From: Lama guanicoe
Taxonomy: Eukaryota
DNA: 64,000 nt
NCBI GenBank assembly: GCA_013239625.1
Contig: MU053561.1
Span: 4,757,214-4,821,213, forward strand
Reading direction: 5' to 3'
In this document: one piece after another, positions 1 through 12,908 of the stretch
How positions within the stretch are numbered: position 1 is the first letter of the stretch
Layout of the letters: the number at the start of each line of letters is the position of its first letter
Made by a program: the position numbers and the translations under genes
Notes under the pieces: model-generated
The model's database searches: none
Told to the model about the DNA's origin: nothing
The model's input: only the letters and a program-made list of their open reading frames with translations

Positions 1-2338
1 TGACATACAACATTCATTTCAGTTGTACTACACAGTAATTCAGTGTTTGTATACATTTCAAAATGATTACCACAATAAGTCTAGTTAACATAAGTCACCA
101 TACATAATTTAAAAATTTGTGTCTGAGATGAGGACTTTGAAGATTTACTCTCTTAGCAACTTTCAGATATGCTGTAGAGTATTAATTATAGTCACCGTGC
201 TGTACGTGACCTCCCCGTGATTTATTTATTTTATAGCTGGAAGAGTGTGCCTTTTGATCCCTTTCACCCATTCACCCACCCACCACCTCTGGTGACCACA
301 AATCTATTCTCTGCGTTTATGAGTTTGATTCTGTTTTTGTCTGTTGGTTTGTTTTCGAATTCCACATATAACTGAGATCATACGGCATTTGTCTTTCTGT
401 CTGACTTATTTCACTTAGCATAATGCTTTCAGGTCCATCCACATTATCACAAATGACAAGATTTCCTTTTTTATGGCTAATGTTACATTGTGTATGTGAA
501 TATTTTACATCTTCTTCATTCATTCATCTATAGCTTTGTCCATTCATTTCTCAGTGGACACTTAGGTTGCTTCCGTATCTTGGTTATTATAAATAATGCT
601 TCAGTGAACATATATCTTTTCAAATTAGTGTTTTAGTTGTTTTCAGATAAACACCCAGAAGTGGAATTGCTGGATCATATGATAGTCTATTTTTAATGTT
701 TTAAGGAACCTCTGTACTATTTTCCATAGTGGATACACCAATTTACATTCCCAGCATAGTGTACAAGGGTTCCCTTTTCTTTACATCATTTCCAACACTT
801 GTTATATCTTCTCTTTTTGATAATAGCCATTCTAACTGGGGTGAGATGACATCTCATTGTGGTTTTGATTTGCATTTCCCTGATGATTAGTCATATTGAG
901 CATCTTTCCATGTACCCGTTGGCCATCTGTATGTCTTTGGAAAATATCTCTATTTAGATCCTCTGCCCATTTTTTAATTGGATTGTTTGGTTTTTCTGCT
1001 GTTGAGTTATATGAGTTCTGTATGTATTTTGGATATTAACCCTTTACCAGATAAATGATTTGTGAATATTTTCTCTCATTCATTAGGTTTCCTTTTCATT
1101 TTGTTGATGATGGTTTCTGTGCAGAAGCTGTGCAGAAGCTTTTTAGTTTGACGTAGTCCCACTTGTTTACTTTGCTTTTGGAATCAGATGCAAAATCAGA
1201 TGCCAAGACCAGCATCAGAGAGTTTAATGCCTATGTTTTCTTCTGGGAGTTTTATGGTTTCAGGTGTTACATTCAAGTCTTTAATACATTTTGAGTTGAT
1301 TCCTCTGTGTGATGCAAGATAATAGTCTAGTCTCATTCTTTTGCATGTGGCTGTCCAGTTTTCCCAACACTGCTTCTTAAAGAGATTGTTCTTTCTCTTT
1401 TGTGTATTGGCTCCTTTGTTGTCAATTGACCATATATATGTGAGTTTATTTCTGGACTCTTTATTCTGTTTCATTGATCTGTAGGTCTTTTTTTATGCTA
1501 ATACCATACTGTTTTGATTACTATAGCTTTGTAATGTAGTTTGTAATCAGGGCCCATGATGCCTCCAACTTTCTTCTTTCTCCAGATTGCTTTGGCTAAT
1601 TGGGTTTTTTTTGTGGTTCCATAGAAATTGTATGGTTGTTTGTTCTATTTCTGTGAAAAATGCCATTGGAATTTTGATGGGGATTGCATTGAATCTATGG
1701 ATTGTTTTGGGTATTATGGACATTTTAACAATATTAACTCTTACGGTCTGCGAGCCCAGAGTATCTTTCCATTTATGTATTCTTCAGTTTCTTTCATCAG
1801 TGTCTTACAGATTTCAGTGTAGAAATATTTTCACCTCCTTGCTTAAATTTATTCTTTTTCATGTGATTGTAAGTAGGATTGTTTTCTTAATTTCTATTTC
1901 TTATTATAGTCCATTGTTAGTGTATAGAAATGCAACAGATATTTGTATTTTTATTTTGTGTCTTGCATCTTTACTGAATTCATTTATTACTTCTAATAGT
2001 TTTTTTGGTGCAGTCTTTAGGGTTTTCTATATATAATATGTCATCTGCACATTGTGACAGTTTTACTTCTTCTATTCCAATTTGGATGCCTCTTTATTTT
2101 ATTTTATTTTTTGGCCAAATTCCTTTAAGACTTCTAATGCTATGTTGAATAAAAGTGGTGAGAGTGGGCATCTTTGTTTTGTTCCTGATCTTACAGGAGA
2201 AGATTTCACTTCTTCAGCTTTTCACTGTTAGGTATGATGTTAGCTGTTGGCTTATCATAAATGGCCCTCATTATGTTGAGGTATGTTCCCTCTATACCCA
2301 CATTGTTGATAGGTTCAACATACATTTATGATGAAAAC
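1..2338 (-). mobile_element. 5'-truncated LINE-1 (L1MA-like 3' end plus distal ORF2), intronic and antisense to TRIM33
   Basis: Minus-strand ORFs 317-523 and 1196-1474 resemble the L1 ORF2 C-terminus (e.g. 'NNLFKKQCWENWTATCKRMRLD', 'ESIMLSEISQTER'). L1 3'UTR-like sequence lies at the left edge. Confidence 0.9.
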
Positions 2339-3446
2339 AGTTTACTTTAGCAGAGTCCACCCTTGCCTGTAATATGTTGTAAGCTGCTTTATTCTGATCA
2401 TTTTTTCTATTAATCCAGTTCTATCTTGGTTTATATTTATAGTTTTCTTCAAAATTTCTACTTTGAGGCATTCTTTCCTTTTTTATAACCTTGAAAATAG
2501 TGATTTTGAGAGGAAAGGAGAGCAAGAAGCAAATTAATACATTCAGTTTTCTGTTTTGAATGAGAAGTAGATTTGCCTTAAAAGTAATCTGGCCTCTAGT
2601 AGAAAGAAGATTAAAAGTGGCAACCGTGGGTAAAGGTAGACCAGTAAGCAAGAAGATTAGCAGTTACTTAACATAGAATAATTTGGTCATCTCTTATATG
2701 GAATAGTGTAAAATTTTTCTTAAGGTAATTTTCATGATTAAATAGTATTTACTATTTCTTAAATAAATTTTTTTTTATTTCATCATCACAGTTCTTCATT
2801 GTAGGTGGGATGTTTTAAAGATAGGGAACTGAGGTTCAAATTGGGAACCAGCCCACAGTCACCACGCCAGATCCTCTGGTTTTAACCTACTGCCTGTAAG
2901 TGCGGAAAGGGCTTAGTTCTTCTGTTGAATGCCCCCTTTTTGTGTGTGTAATAAAGGACCTTGTATCTCAGGCTAAGGATTTTTCGTTGAGTATAAAGAC
3001 TTTTTAAAGCTTTTACGTTAGATGTTTAATCATGTTGATACAAACTTAGTCGAGTGATTCTGGCAGGACTATGATTATTGAAATAAAGGTAGCGAGCTAG
3101 GGGATGAGGATGTTGAAAACAGGATCCTGCATCAACTCTGAGAAAAGGCTAAAGTGTCAATTTGTGTAAGAACTATTTTCATAGTAAATCATAAAGGATT
3201 TGGTGGGTTATTGGGTTTTGTCTTGAGCAGCCAGGTATTTATTGAATACTATTAATTACAGCTTAATTCACCTAAACTTTATACTGTGTGGGTCCTCAGG
3301 GAAGCCTAAGGAAACAACAATTAAGCTGAGTTTGAGATAGGATAATCTGTTAGTAAACTGTGTGCATAAGTTGATTATGCTAATGAAATTAATAACTTCT
3401 CCTCTGCTTCAATCAAAGCAAATTTATCTTTGTTCTTTTTCTTTAG

Positions 3447-3579
3447 TTGGAAGATGCTGGTTCAAGTAGTTTAGATAATCTACTAAGTAGATACATCTCA
3501 GGCAGTCACCTACCCCCACAGCCCACAAGCACCATGAATCCCTCCCCAGGACCCTCTGCCCTGTCTCCAGGATCATCAG
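3447..3579 (+). CDS. TRIM33: TRIM33 coding exon (LEDAGSSSLDNLLSRYISGSHLPPQPTSTMNPSPGPSALSPGSS); likely exon 12 by analogy with human
   Basis: ctttag acceptor, gtaaag donor, 133 nt; translation matches the TRIM33 linker sequence I recognise; phase continues into the next exon. Confidence 0.95.
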
Positions 3580-3641
3580 GTAAAGTCAGCTGAGGTACTG
3601 CCTCATTTCTTCAACACCTTAAAAAAGTATCTTTCAGTACG

Positions 3642-4030
3642 TGTATTAGTCAGGATTCTCCAGAGAAACAGAATCAGTAGGAAAGGGGGTGTACGTGGGA
3701 GTGTGTGTGTGTGTAGAGAGAGAAGTTAAGGAATTAATTGGCTCATGTGATTGTTGGGGCTGACAAGTCCAAAATCTACAGGGCAGATAGGTGGGGTGGA
3801 GACCCAGGGGAGAGTTGATGTTACAGTCTTGAATCCAGGCAAAATTCCTTCTTGCTCTGGGGACCTCATTCTTTTCTCTTAAAGTCTTCAGCTGATTGGA
3901 TGCGGCCTGCGTCATTATGTTTTACTCAAATTCTACTGATTTAAATGTTAATCACATCTAAAAAATATCTTCACAGCAGAATCTGGACTGATGTTTGACC
4001 AAACAGCTGCCAAGTTGAGACATAACTATT
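3642..4030 (-). mobile_element. ERVL-type solo LTR (MLT2-like)
   Basis: Begins tgtattagtcaggattctccagagaaacagaa, has an internal (GT)n/(GA)n stretch and 'ctgatttaaatgttaatcacatctaaaaaata', typical of MLT2. Confidence 0.8.
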
Positions 4031-5030
4031 ATAGTAACTTTTTTTCCCTAATTGCTCTATTATCTCTCTTCAAATAATGTGGGCAGGCTTCAGTGAACTG
4101 AATAATATTAATATATATCTGTAGTGTATACTATTCAGAACTCTAATGTACCCCTCCCCCAACCCTTAACTGTTTTCCTGTTCTTTGCTGGATTTATAGA
4201 TGCATTTACTTTCCATGTCTTATATTTTACAGTACAGGTTGTCAGTTGAATTCTTTGGTTTCAACCAAAGTTTAAAACATGTTGTTAAATAATGAAAAAA
4301 TTGAAAAATTGTTTAGAAGGCAAAAACTGAGGAAGGGCAAGTAAATTTTCAATTAGCAGTTAAAAAAAACCATCAAAATTTACTGAAAACTATTAAAATG
4401 TGGTTAGTCAAGTCCATGAGATATTGCTCTCTTCCAGAATCCCAGTTTTATTGACCCTTTTACATGAATGAATGATTAAAGCAACTCTAAACAAATTGAC
4501 AGTGCAGAAGTGGTTATGGGGTATATTTTTTTGGTGTCAGTTGGTTATTCCTTTCTTACTGAAACATAACCACTTCATTATTTCTAGAGTAAGAGCAGTC
4601 CAGATTTAAAATAAGATTTTTTCATGAGATGTATCATTAATACATTTTTTGGAATCATTATATTTTAGGTTTAATATACGTATGCCAGGGTTTTTAAAAG
4701 AAAGAATAATTAATAGGAGTATAAGTAGGATATTTACCTAATGACTTGGGATAAGATGGCAAATAGCTTTCTCTTGATCTTGTAGTTCTCATGGATTGAA
4801 TAGTTTTGCTCTGAGAGGATTCTGAGAATGGTGTCTGGGCTCAGCTGAGAGAAACTGGATTGATCGCTGCCAACAATTATACATGACATTCTTAACTCAC
4901 AGACTAAGACTAGGTCTGATTTCCAAGAATTGCTAAATTGCATTATAATAATCTTGAATTCTGTAACTAGTAGGTAGAATTCTGAATTTTCTTACCCGCA
5001 TACATACCCATTTGACTTTCTGTTTTTCAG

Positions 5031-5094
5031 GTTTATCCAATTCTCACACACCTGTGAGACCCCCTAGTACTTCTAGTACTGGTAGTCGAGGCAG
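5031..5094 (+). CDS. TRIM33: TRIM33 coding exon (GLSNSHTPVRPPSTSSTGSRGS)
   Basis: ttttcag acceptor, gtgagt donor, 64 nt, in phase with both neighbours. Confidence 0.95.
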
Positions 5095-5933
5095 GTGAGT
5101 ATTAAATTATTAATAGCTTTATTTTTTTTAAGAAAAATTTCAAATACATATTTTAAAAAGTAGGCTATTATAATGAAATCCCGTATACTTTTTCACTTAT
5201 CTTCAACAATGATCAAGTTATGACCAGTCTTATTTCTTCTATACTCGCACCCATTCCGCCCTGGTCTGAATTATTTTGAAATAAATCTCAGGGATTTTAT
5301 CATTTTACTTGTGGCTGTTTTAGTATCTATCACTTAAAGATAAGGATTTAGAAATTTTATAATCATGCAACTATTATCACACCTAAAAAAATTTAATTGC
5401 TAGCTCTCTCACATCAATAGAGCTCTATTTAATATTCAGATTTCCCAGTTTTTCTCACAAATGCTTTTTTTTTTTTTAATGGTTTCTTTGAATCAGATTC
5501 AGGTAAACTCCATTACCATCAACACATGTGTTGAGGTCAAACTCAGTATATTTGTTGAGGAAATGTATTGTTTCTCTTACAGAGTTTTCCTCATTTCCCC
5601 ATCTTGTCATTAAATACACTTGCCTGTTCTTTTTTTCTCTGTATTGGTATTTAGATCAGGGAGGTTGATTAGTTTCAGATTTGATTCGAGGGAACTAGGT
5701 GGGAAGAATATTTTGTTGTAGTGATGTGTGCTTCTGTCAGGATCACAAAATGTCTGGTTGGGTTTTTTGTTTGTTTTTTGTGGTAACAGCCAGTAATGAT
5801 CATTGCCTTAGCTCTTTTCATTTTACTGGTTTACAAATGATAAAGAAGGTATGCTATAATAATTATTAGTTTAGAATACTTCTGTAAGCAGAAACTTTTT
5901 CTGTCAACTCTTTGATTATAAAAAAGGCAGAAT

Positions 5934-6062
5934 GGGGGGAGTATAGCTCCGTGGTAGTATTATGCATGCCTAGCATGCATGAGGTCAATCCCCAGTACTT
6001 CCATTAAATAGATAAATGAAATAAATTCCTCCCTCCAATATATAAATAAATAAATAAATTTT
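5934..6062 (+). mobile_element. tRNA-Ala-derived SINE (camelid Vic-1-like)
   Basis: tRNA-Ala-like head, A-rich (taaa)n tail, and a target-site duplication aaaggcagaat at 5923-5933 and 6063-6073. Confidence 0.85.
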
Positions 6063-7339
6063 AAAGGCAGAATACATTGATTTTGTCTCCTTATTTACCT
6101 ATTTTTATAATAATGAGTTGATTCCCAGTACCCTCCAACAGTGACCAATGAGTATTATTAACTTTATGAGCTCATACATTTAAACATATTTTATGTTCTA
6201 AAATTATAGGTGTTATTTTTATTGGTGCTTAAATTGTTCCATATTTGGCCTGTCAGAGCTTTTTCAAGTTGGCTTCTTAGATCTTTTGCTCTAACCCCAA
6301 TAGTCTTTGAAAGCATTCTTGTTTTCTCTTAGATGTTCCAGATTCATCTTGTGCATTTCTTGCCATAGGCCTGAAATCAAGCCATTTCTCTAAAATCCTG
6401 GTCATATTAATGGGGAAATGGTGCTCCGAGACAGTCTCCTGGGTACTAGGGACACATACTGCTACTGGTTATTCATGGTTTCTTATGTCTTTTTGGTGGA
6501 CAGAGAGCTAAGAAATGGTGGGGTAGGGAGAGAGAGAGTGTGTGTGTGTTGTGTTAAAGGTAAATGTTGACTGATTTTTACTCTTTAGTTTGAATAATTT
6601 AGTGCAGTGTAATAAAGACTTTATTCAAGATACATGAATTTTTTATTTGTATATATGTTATATGCATTTTGAAGAATTGTCCTATATTATATACTTTCTT
6701 GGCTTTGAATTACACTTTAAATAATCAGTACATTTCTTCTAAAAGTACAAATTGAGTGAAAGATGTTTTTGTTCTCGGCAGTAATGCAGTCTTAGTTACT
6801 CACTTCCCTTGCCGGTTGTTTTGCTTTGTGGTCTAGATAGAACTGATTAGTCATGTACCTGTCTTCTTAGCTTATCATCACATCAATTCAGGTAAAGACT
6901 CAGCGGCTAAAACAGTGATTCCTTTGAGAACATTTCATGAATCACTATTTTTAATTTTGTTTCCTTCAGATATTTGAGGGTAGAGAAGAATTTAAACTTT
7001 CATAGAGAGAGGAGCAATTACTGATATTCTGTACTACTAAGCCTGGGAAAATGATTGTTCCTAGATTCCGTGAATGAGTTACGATAAGTGCCTCAGACCA
7101 TAAAATGTGCTTCTAAGGTCTTCTCAAAGTTCGATCTACGTTTTTAAAATTTTGAAGCTAAGTTTATACCATACTCCTCTTAACTGCATTGTGAAATATC
7201 CTTACCTGCTATAAAGCTAATAAATTGTTTTCACTCTAATGAACATTTCATATAACTTAAGGAATTTCATTAAGTTTGACTGTGTAGTGTATATAAAAAC
7301 AATTACAAATATGTGATCTTTATTTGTTGTTTTTATTAG

Positions 7340-7499
7340 CTGTGGGTCGTCAGGAAGAACTGCTGAAAAAACAAGTCTTAGTTTCAAGTCTGATCAAGTG
7401 AAGGTCAAGCAAGAACCTGGCACTGAAGATGAAATATGCAGCTTTTCAGGAGCCGTGAAACAAGAAAAGACAGAGGATGGCAGGAGGAGTGCCTGCATG
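7340..7499 (+). CDS. TRIM33: TRIM33 coding exon (CGSSGRTAEK...VKVKQEPG...VKQEKTEDGRRSACM), containing SUMO-consensus VKQE motifs
   Basis: ttattag acceptor, gtaagt donor, 160 nt, in phase. Confidence 0.95.
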
Positions 7500-8641
7500 G
7501 TAAGTTCCCCCTGGAGTCTGTCAGGGATTTAAGGAGATCATTTCACTAATTCTTCCATTTTGGGGTGTATTAATCTGAATAGTGGTCGTTTGGGCATTTA
7601 TTCATTTTTTTTTTATTTTTATGCCTGGTGCAAGCCAAATCTCTCTTTTTCTAACTGATCTTTTTCATCTAAGTGTCAGCTGTAATTGGTCAGAAAAGAC
7701 TTACTTGTTTTAAGTCCTTGTATTAAGGACTCATTTCAAATTATCTTTTAGTTTGGGTTCTTGTTCTAAATTTATTAATCATTTCAGTAGTTACATTGAG
7801 TCTCAGGCTACAAAAGATCCTTGGCTATTTTCCTAGACCTATGAGCTCAGGATTAAGACTGCTGACATGAAAGAAGTTTAACGATCAAAGAGTTTTGTGA
7901 TGGAAAGATTGCCTTTGGCTTATGAATTATTAATGACTTTAGAGTTCCTCAGATGGAACATTTTATAAAATTTATATGAAAGAAGGCCCAAGTCCCTCTT
8001 CATCTCTTTGTTTAGAAATTTTAATCTTGGTTTTTTTCCTTCCTACCCAGGCATATGTCTCATTTCCTACATGGTTGGCACATAGAAGTTTCAGCTCAGG
8101 GTATCAGTATATTGAATGCAGTTTATGTAGGTATAGAGAGCAGTGTTACCTCTTCATTCAGAACTTGGTTTGGAAAGTACCTCCAAAAAACTGGATGCAA
8201 AAGGGTGATGAAAGAGTTTACACTGTCGTAATCTTAGTATGTTAGAATAAGTGGGCAGAAGAATATTTCAAAATTCTACAAAGCTATGCGACAGATTCCT
8301 GAGTGAAAAATAGTGCATCACAGTCAGCTCTTGGCAGGAAAAGTATAACCCTGTACTTACTTCCCAGTTAGTCTGCCTAACAGTTTAATTAATTCCTTTA
8401 TTCAAGTGAACTAATATCATACTGCTTGCTGAAATCATACATTAACATGCCTAAATAATTTTGAGGTTATTTTTATTCTTCTATGTTACTAATAGGATGT
8501 CAAATTTTATAATTAATAATAAATTTCAAAATAATCATGTCAGTATATCATATTGTATATACATGTTGACAAAACTAAACACATACTGCCTACAATAAGG
8601 ATTAAATGATTCTTCAAGAATTTGTCCTTGCTTTGTTTTAG

Positions 8642-8991
8642 TTGAGTAGTCCTGAGAGTAGCTTGACACCACCTCTCTCTACCAACCTGCATCTGGAGAG
8701 TGAGTTGGATGCATTAGCAAGCCTGGAAAACCACGTGAAAACTGAACCTACAGACACGAATGAAAGCTGCAAACAGTCAGGGCTCAATAGCCTCGTCAAT
8801 GGAAAGTCCCCAGTTCGAAGCCTCATGCACAGGTCCACAAGGATTGGAGGAGATGGCAACAGCAAAGATGATGACCCAAATGAAGACTGGTGTGCTGTCT
8901 GCCAAAATGGAGGGGATCTCTTGTGCTGTGAAAAGTGTCCAAAGGTCTTTCATCTAACTTGTCATGTTCCAACACTTCTTAGCTTTCCAAG
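8642..8991 (+). CDS. TRIM33: TRIM33 coding exon: end of linker and N-terminal part of the PHD finger ([31 protein letters not shown])
   Basis: ORF-track 8642-9001; ttttag acceptor, gt donor at 8992; 350 nt; C4HC3 PHD pattern of the TIF1 family. Confidence 0.97.
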
Positions 8992-11094
8992 GTACCAGTG
9001 AAATAACTGATTTTTCATTGCTGTTTATTTTTATAAGCCAACCCCCACCCCCAAACAAAGTTAATCAGGACAGATAGTCTTCTTAGCCAGTGCATAATAC
9101 TTTTATAAAACAGGGAACCTATTATTCCATTACTTTCTAGAGAAACAAACAGCTGTACGATGAAATGTCCAAGGTCTAAGTTGTGCTTTAATGATAAAAA
9201 ATAGACTATTTCCTGGCCTCCAGTTTATACTTAATTTGAGCAAATTAGATAAAACTAAATTATGAGGGGCAAAGGATTAGGATGTTGAGAAACTTAGTTG
9301 ATTTCCTCTTAAAGATAATTTTTTAATTTATTGCCATCAATCTTCATAGGGTCTATAATAATGGCTTTATTTGTGAATGCTATTCAGTTTAAGGCAACTC
9401 TATTTGGATCTTGCCAAAGACATTTTTCTCATGTTTGAAAGCTCTCGAAAGGCATTTTAAAGAAAAAACAAGGACTTTGTAAAAACACCTTGAATGTTTT
9501 GAGTTCTTTTAAGAATAGCTTCCTCTTGACCACTGGGAGTGGTTAATTGGTAGTTCCTGGCTGAAGCACTGTGTGTAGATTTTTCAGACTTTTTCTTTGG
9601 ATCCTCTAGTTGGAATGTCTTTTAGACATTAACTTTGGAATGGACAGTTAACTGAATTCCTTAGTTAGAAGAGAAGAACTTGGAGTAAAGATAAAGACTG
9701 GGGCAACGTATGAGCATTGTCCTCAGGCTGTATGACCCCATGGCAGCCAAGTCTGGTTTCAAGCATTAAAGCATTGATTGGTGGGCACCCAAGACTAGCT
9801 GATGGTACTAGCTAATAGAGTAGAACAAATCTGGGTTAGATACCTGTAGCCTGGTTGTAATTCTGTAGTGAACTAACTTAATTAGTTTGGACAGTTCACT
9901 AATTTTCAGACATTAATTTCTGCATCTTCAGGTGGCAGAGTTTGGATTAGAAGACTCTTTCTTTTCTTAAATTTAACATATTTTATGTTCTTGCAGTTTC
10001 ATCTCCAATTGATTTCAGAGATCAAAAATAGTAGAGTCATACTTACTTCTTTTAGCCTTCCTTCTTCACCAGTCCTTACCCCAAATTCTTTACGTGAAAG
10101 AAAGTAAACCAGTGTCCTTGGGAAAACTCAGCTTCTTTTCTACCTATAGATAGAAAATTCACATTTCTTCTCAGATTCCTGAGGAGAAATGATTTTAGTT
10201 GAATATGCTCCCCTTTTTCAAAATTCAGCCTTTAGGATTAGAAAAGTAGTGGATGTATGAAGAGTGCCAGAATATTTTTTCTGAAGAATTACAATTCTTA
10301 CTTAAATCTTAGAAGACATAGTCATTTGCCATAGATGTAAGAAGGGCCTTTATTTTTTCTTCAACTTTTTTAGAAAAGAAAAGCATTGGCATTTTGGTCT
10401 TGAAACTAAGACTTCAAATTTTTTGCTTCTTTGGATAGTAACATCTGGAATGTCAGAATTTTGCCACTGAAAGCTTTCTCTCAAAGGCAGGTGCTTTGGA
10501 AGGAACTGAAATGGTTGGCATAGTTTTAGTATAATCCCTAGACACACACATATATATATATATGGGGAGGGAAAGGGGAGAATGCTTTTGAAGTCATCAT
10601 ATTGGAATTTATGATTTAATAGAAATCCTGATATAAAAAACCATTGACTGAGCAGATTTAAAAGACTGGCATGAAAGAAGATTTTTTTTTTTGGCATGTT
10701 TAATACATGCCAAAACAGTACGAGGTACCTGAAGAACTCCATATCCTGTGCTCTTGTCTTCTTCATGCATATGGAGTCATTGTGATGGTAAAACCAGGGT
10801 CTTGAGGATTGATCCTGTGCTGCAAGTTCTGATCGTGAGCTTTGTGCTATGAAGAGACTCCCTTTGAATACAGAGATACTGGCTTTATATTGCTTTCCAG
10901 AAGGTAATCAATTGAAGAATGGAAACGTTTTGGGAGGTTTTTATTATCCAACTTCACTTTACGAAATTTGGCAAAAATAGAACTTCTCTTTTCCACAGAA
11001 CTGGAAAGATCAACTGTAGACTTACCTTTAGGAAATTAGCTTCCCTAGGGTTTTATCATGATTACATGGACTAACTGCCTATTTCCTTCTTTAG

Positions 11095-11218
11095 TGGAGA
11101 CTGGATATGCACATTTTGCAGAGATATTGGGAAACCAGAAGTTGAATATGATTGTGATAACTTGCAACATACTAAGAAGGGGAAAACTGCGCAGGGGTTA
11201 AGTCCCGTGGACCAAAGG
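11095..11218 (+). CDS. TRIM33: TRIM33 coding exon: end of PHD finger ([23 protein letters not shown]...GLSPVDQR)
   Basis: ctttag acceptor, gtaagt donor, 124 nt; supplies the last two PHD cysteines. Confidence 0.96.
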
Positions 11219-12572
11219 GTAAGTGCCAAATAAGTTGATTATTATTAGGGATTCTGTAGTTGTCTGGCTATATATCTTTTTTTTTTCCGTCAGTGTAATA
11301 TACATGTAACCTGATAAATTTTCGCTTTTTAATCTCAGCATCTGATGGTATATTCATGACTTCTGAAATCTTTATCTCTAGCCCTCAGCTCCAGGCTCTT
11401 ATGTCTGGCTTTGTCATACTTAGCATTTCCTAACCAAAATCTTGATTTTTAATCCTCTCCTTCAGAAAGCAAAGGCAGTAAAAACAAGCAAATAACAACA
11501 TAAAAAACTTGCATTCCTCCCTCAATAATCCCCATTATCATATGGTACCACCAGTCATCTCTGTTGCTCAAGCCAGAAATGTATTAGAAATAGAAGAATC
11601 AGAAATGACTATAATACTGTTTTTTTCCCCCTGACTATTCTTCTTAGGCAGCCATCATAGTTTTTCATCTGCACTATTGTAATAATCTCTTCACTGAACT
11701 CCTTGTTTGTACTTTTGCACACTTACAGTCCATTTTTTATGCAGTGCATAGACTTGTTTACATATTAAAAACTATCACTTCCTTACTTAAAATCCTCTAA
11801 TAGCTTCCCATCATATGAAGAATGAAATACAAATTCCTCTCCTCATTTCACTCAGATTTCTGCTGATCTGGTCTGTAGTCTGATCTCTAATGACAAAATA
11901 CCTTTCACATAATTCTGTGGTCATTACAGTTATGTTTGGCTTTGATCTGATGTATAAACTTGCAAAATCTGCCCTCCACTGTCTTTGAGGAGAAGGTATG
12001 TGTTTAGAGTATACAAACTTATATTAAAAGAAGTTTAAGCAAATAGAAACTATAAATGTAAAATGCATTTCAATTTACTTCTGGTTTTATTTTTTAAATT
12101 CTAGAAATGTATTAAGAAGACACGGACAGTTTTTATTTAATTTTGAACCTCAGAAGAATCCCTTCAAGAAAGGAAGTAGCATGTATCTTGCCTTCCTTGG
12201 GGAATTATAATGAGTAGCAACAGTGATAAATTGTTGTACAAAATGCTGTATGTTGCTTTTATGACTCCTATCCATTTGCATAAATAGTTGAGGTAATGGT
12301 AGATAAATTACTTGAGTTATCAGATAAGAACAAAGGCACTCTATCGTTGACTATCTTCTGACCTATTTTAAATGAACTTATAGTCTCAAAACTAAACGGG
12401 AAGCAAGATATCTTTCTCTGGATGTATATATTTACTTGGATAGGTAGTAATGTGGGAGGCTTATGTTCAGTTTGTTGTAATAATACTTTGTACTGATAAA
12501 GTTCTCATTCTCAAGAATATCTTACTAGAGGAGGAAGCATTTCATGGGTTTTCCTTTCTTTTCTTTCGCCAG

Positions 12573-12647
12573 AAATGTGAACGTCTTCTGCTTTACCTCT
12601 ATTGCCATGAATTAAGTATTGAATTCCAGGAGCCAGTTCCTGCTTCG
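12573..12647 (+). CDS. TRIM33: TRIM33 coding exon: start of bromodomain ([25 protein letters not shown])
   Basis: Polypyrimidine tract plus cag acceptor, gtgagt donor, 75 nt. Confidence 0.96.
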
Positions 12648-12786
12648 GTGAGTTGTTTACCTTAGTACCTTCCTGATAAAGAAGTTGAGTGTAATACTTA
12701 AGCAGTCTAAGGCCAGAGCCCAAACTCTTTTGTTAAAACTCAGGCTTCTTGACCTCAACCAAGGTGCTCAAGTTCTCTTTTCTACT

Positions 12787-12908
12787 GGGTGGAGGGTGTA
12801 GCTCAGTGGTAGAGTGCATGCTTGGCAAGCGCAAGGTCATGGGTTCGATCCCCAGTACCTCCATTAAATTAATAATAATAAACCTAATCCCCCCCACAAT
12901 TTTTTTTA
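12787..12908 (+). mobile_element. tRNA-Ala-derived SINE (Vic-1-like)
   Basis: A box tagctcagtgg, B box ggttcgatccc, and the same 'cccagtacctccattaaa' body and tail as the other copies. Confidence 0.85.

Noticed and set aside
1587..2036. 149-aa hydrophobic ORF and similar ORFs at 26262-30914
   Set aside because: Antisense readings of A-rich L1 ORFs, which routinely look like membrane proteins.
10350..10766. 138-aa antisense ORF in a TRIM33 intron
   Set aside because: Low-complexity AT-rich composition crossing (TA)n and poly-T tracts; no domain or expression signals.
12787..12865. Apparent tRNA-Ala genes (here and at 5934, 46335, 63146)
   Set aside because: Disrupted stems, A-rich tails and TSDs show they are SINE copies; this one even reads anticodon GGC, which eukaryotic tRNA-Ala normally does not use.
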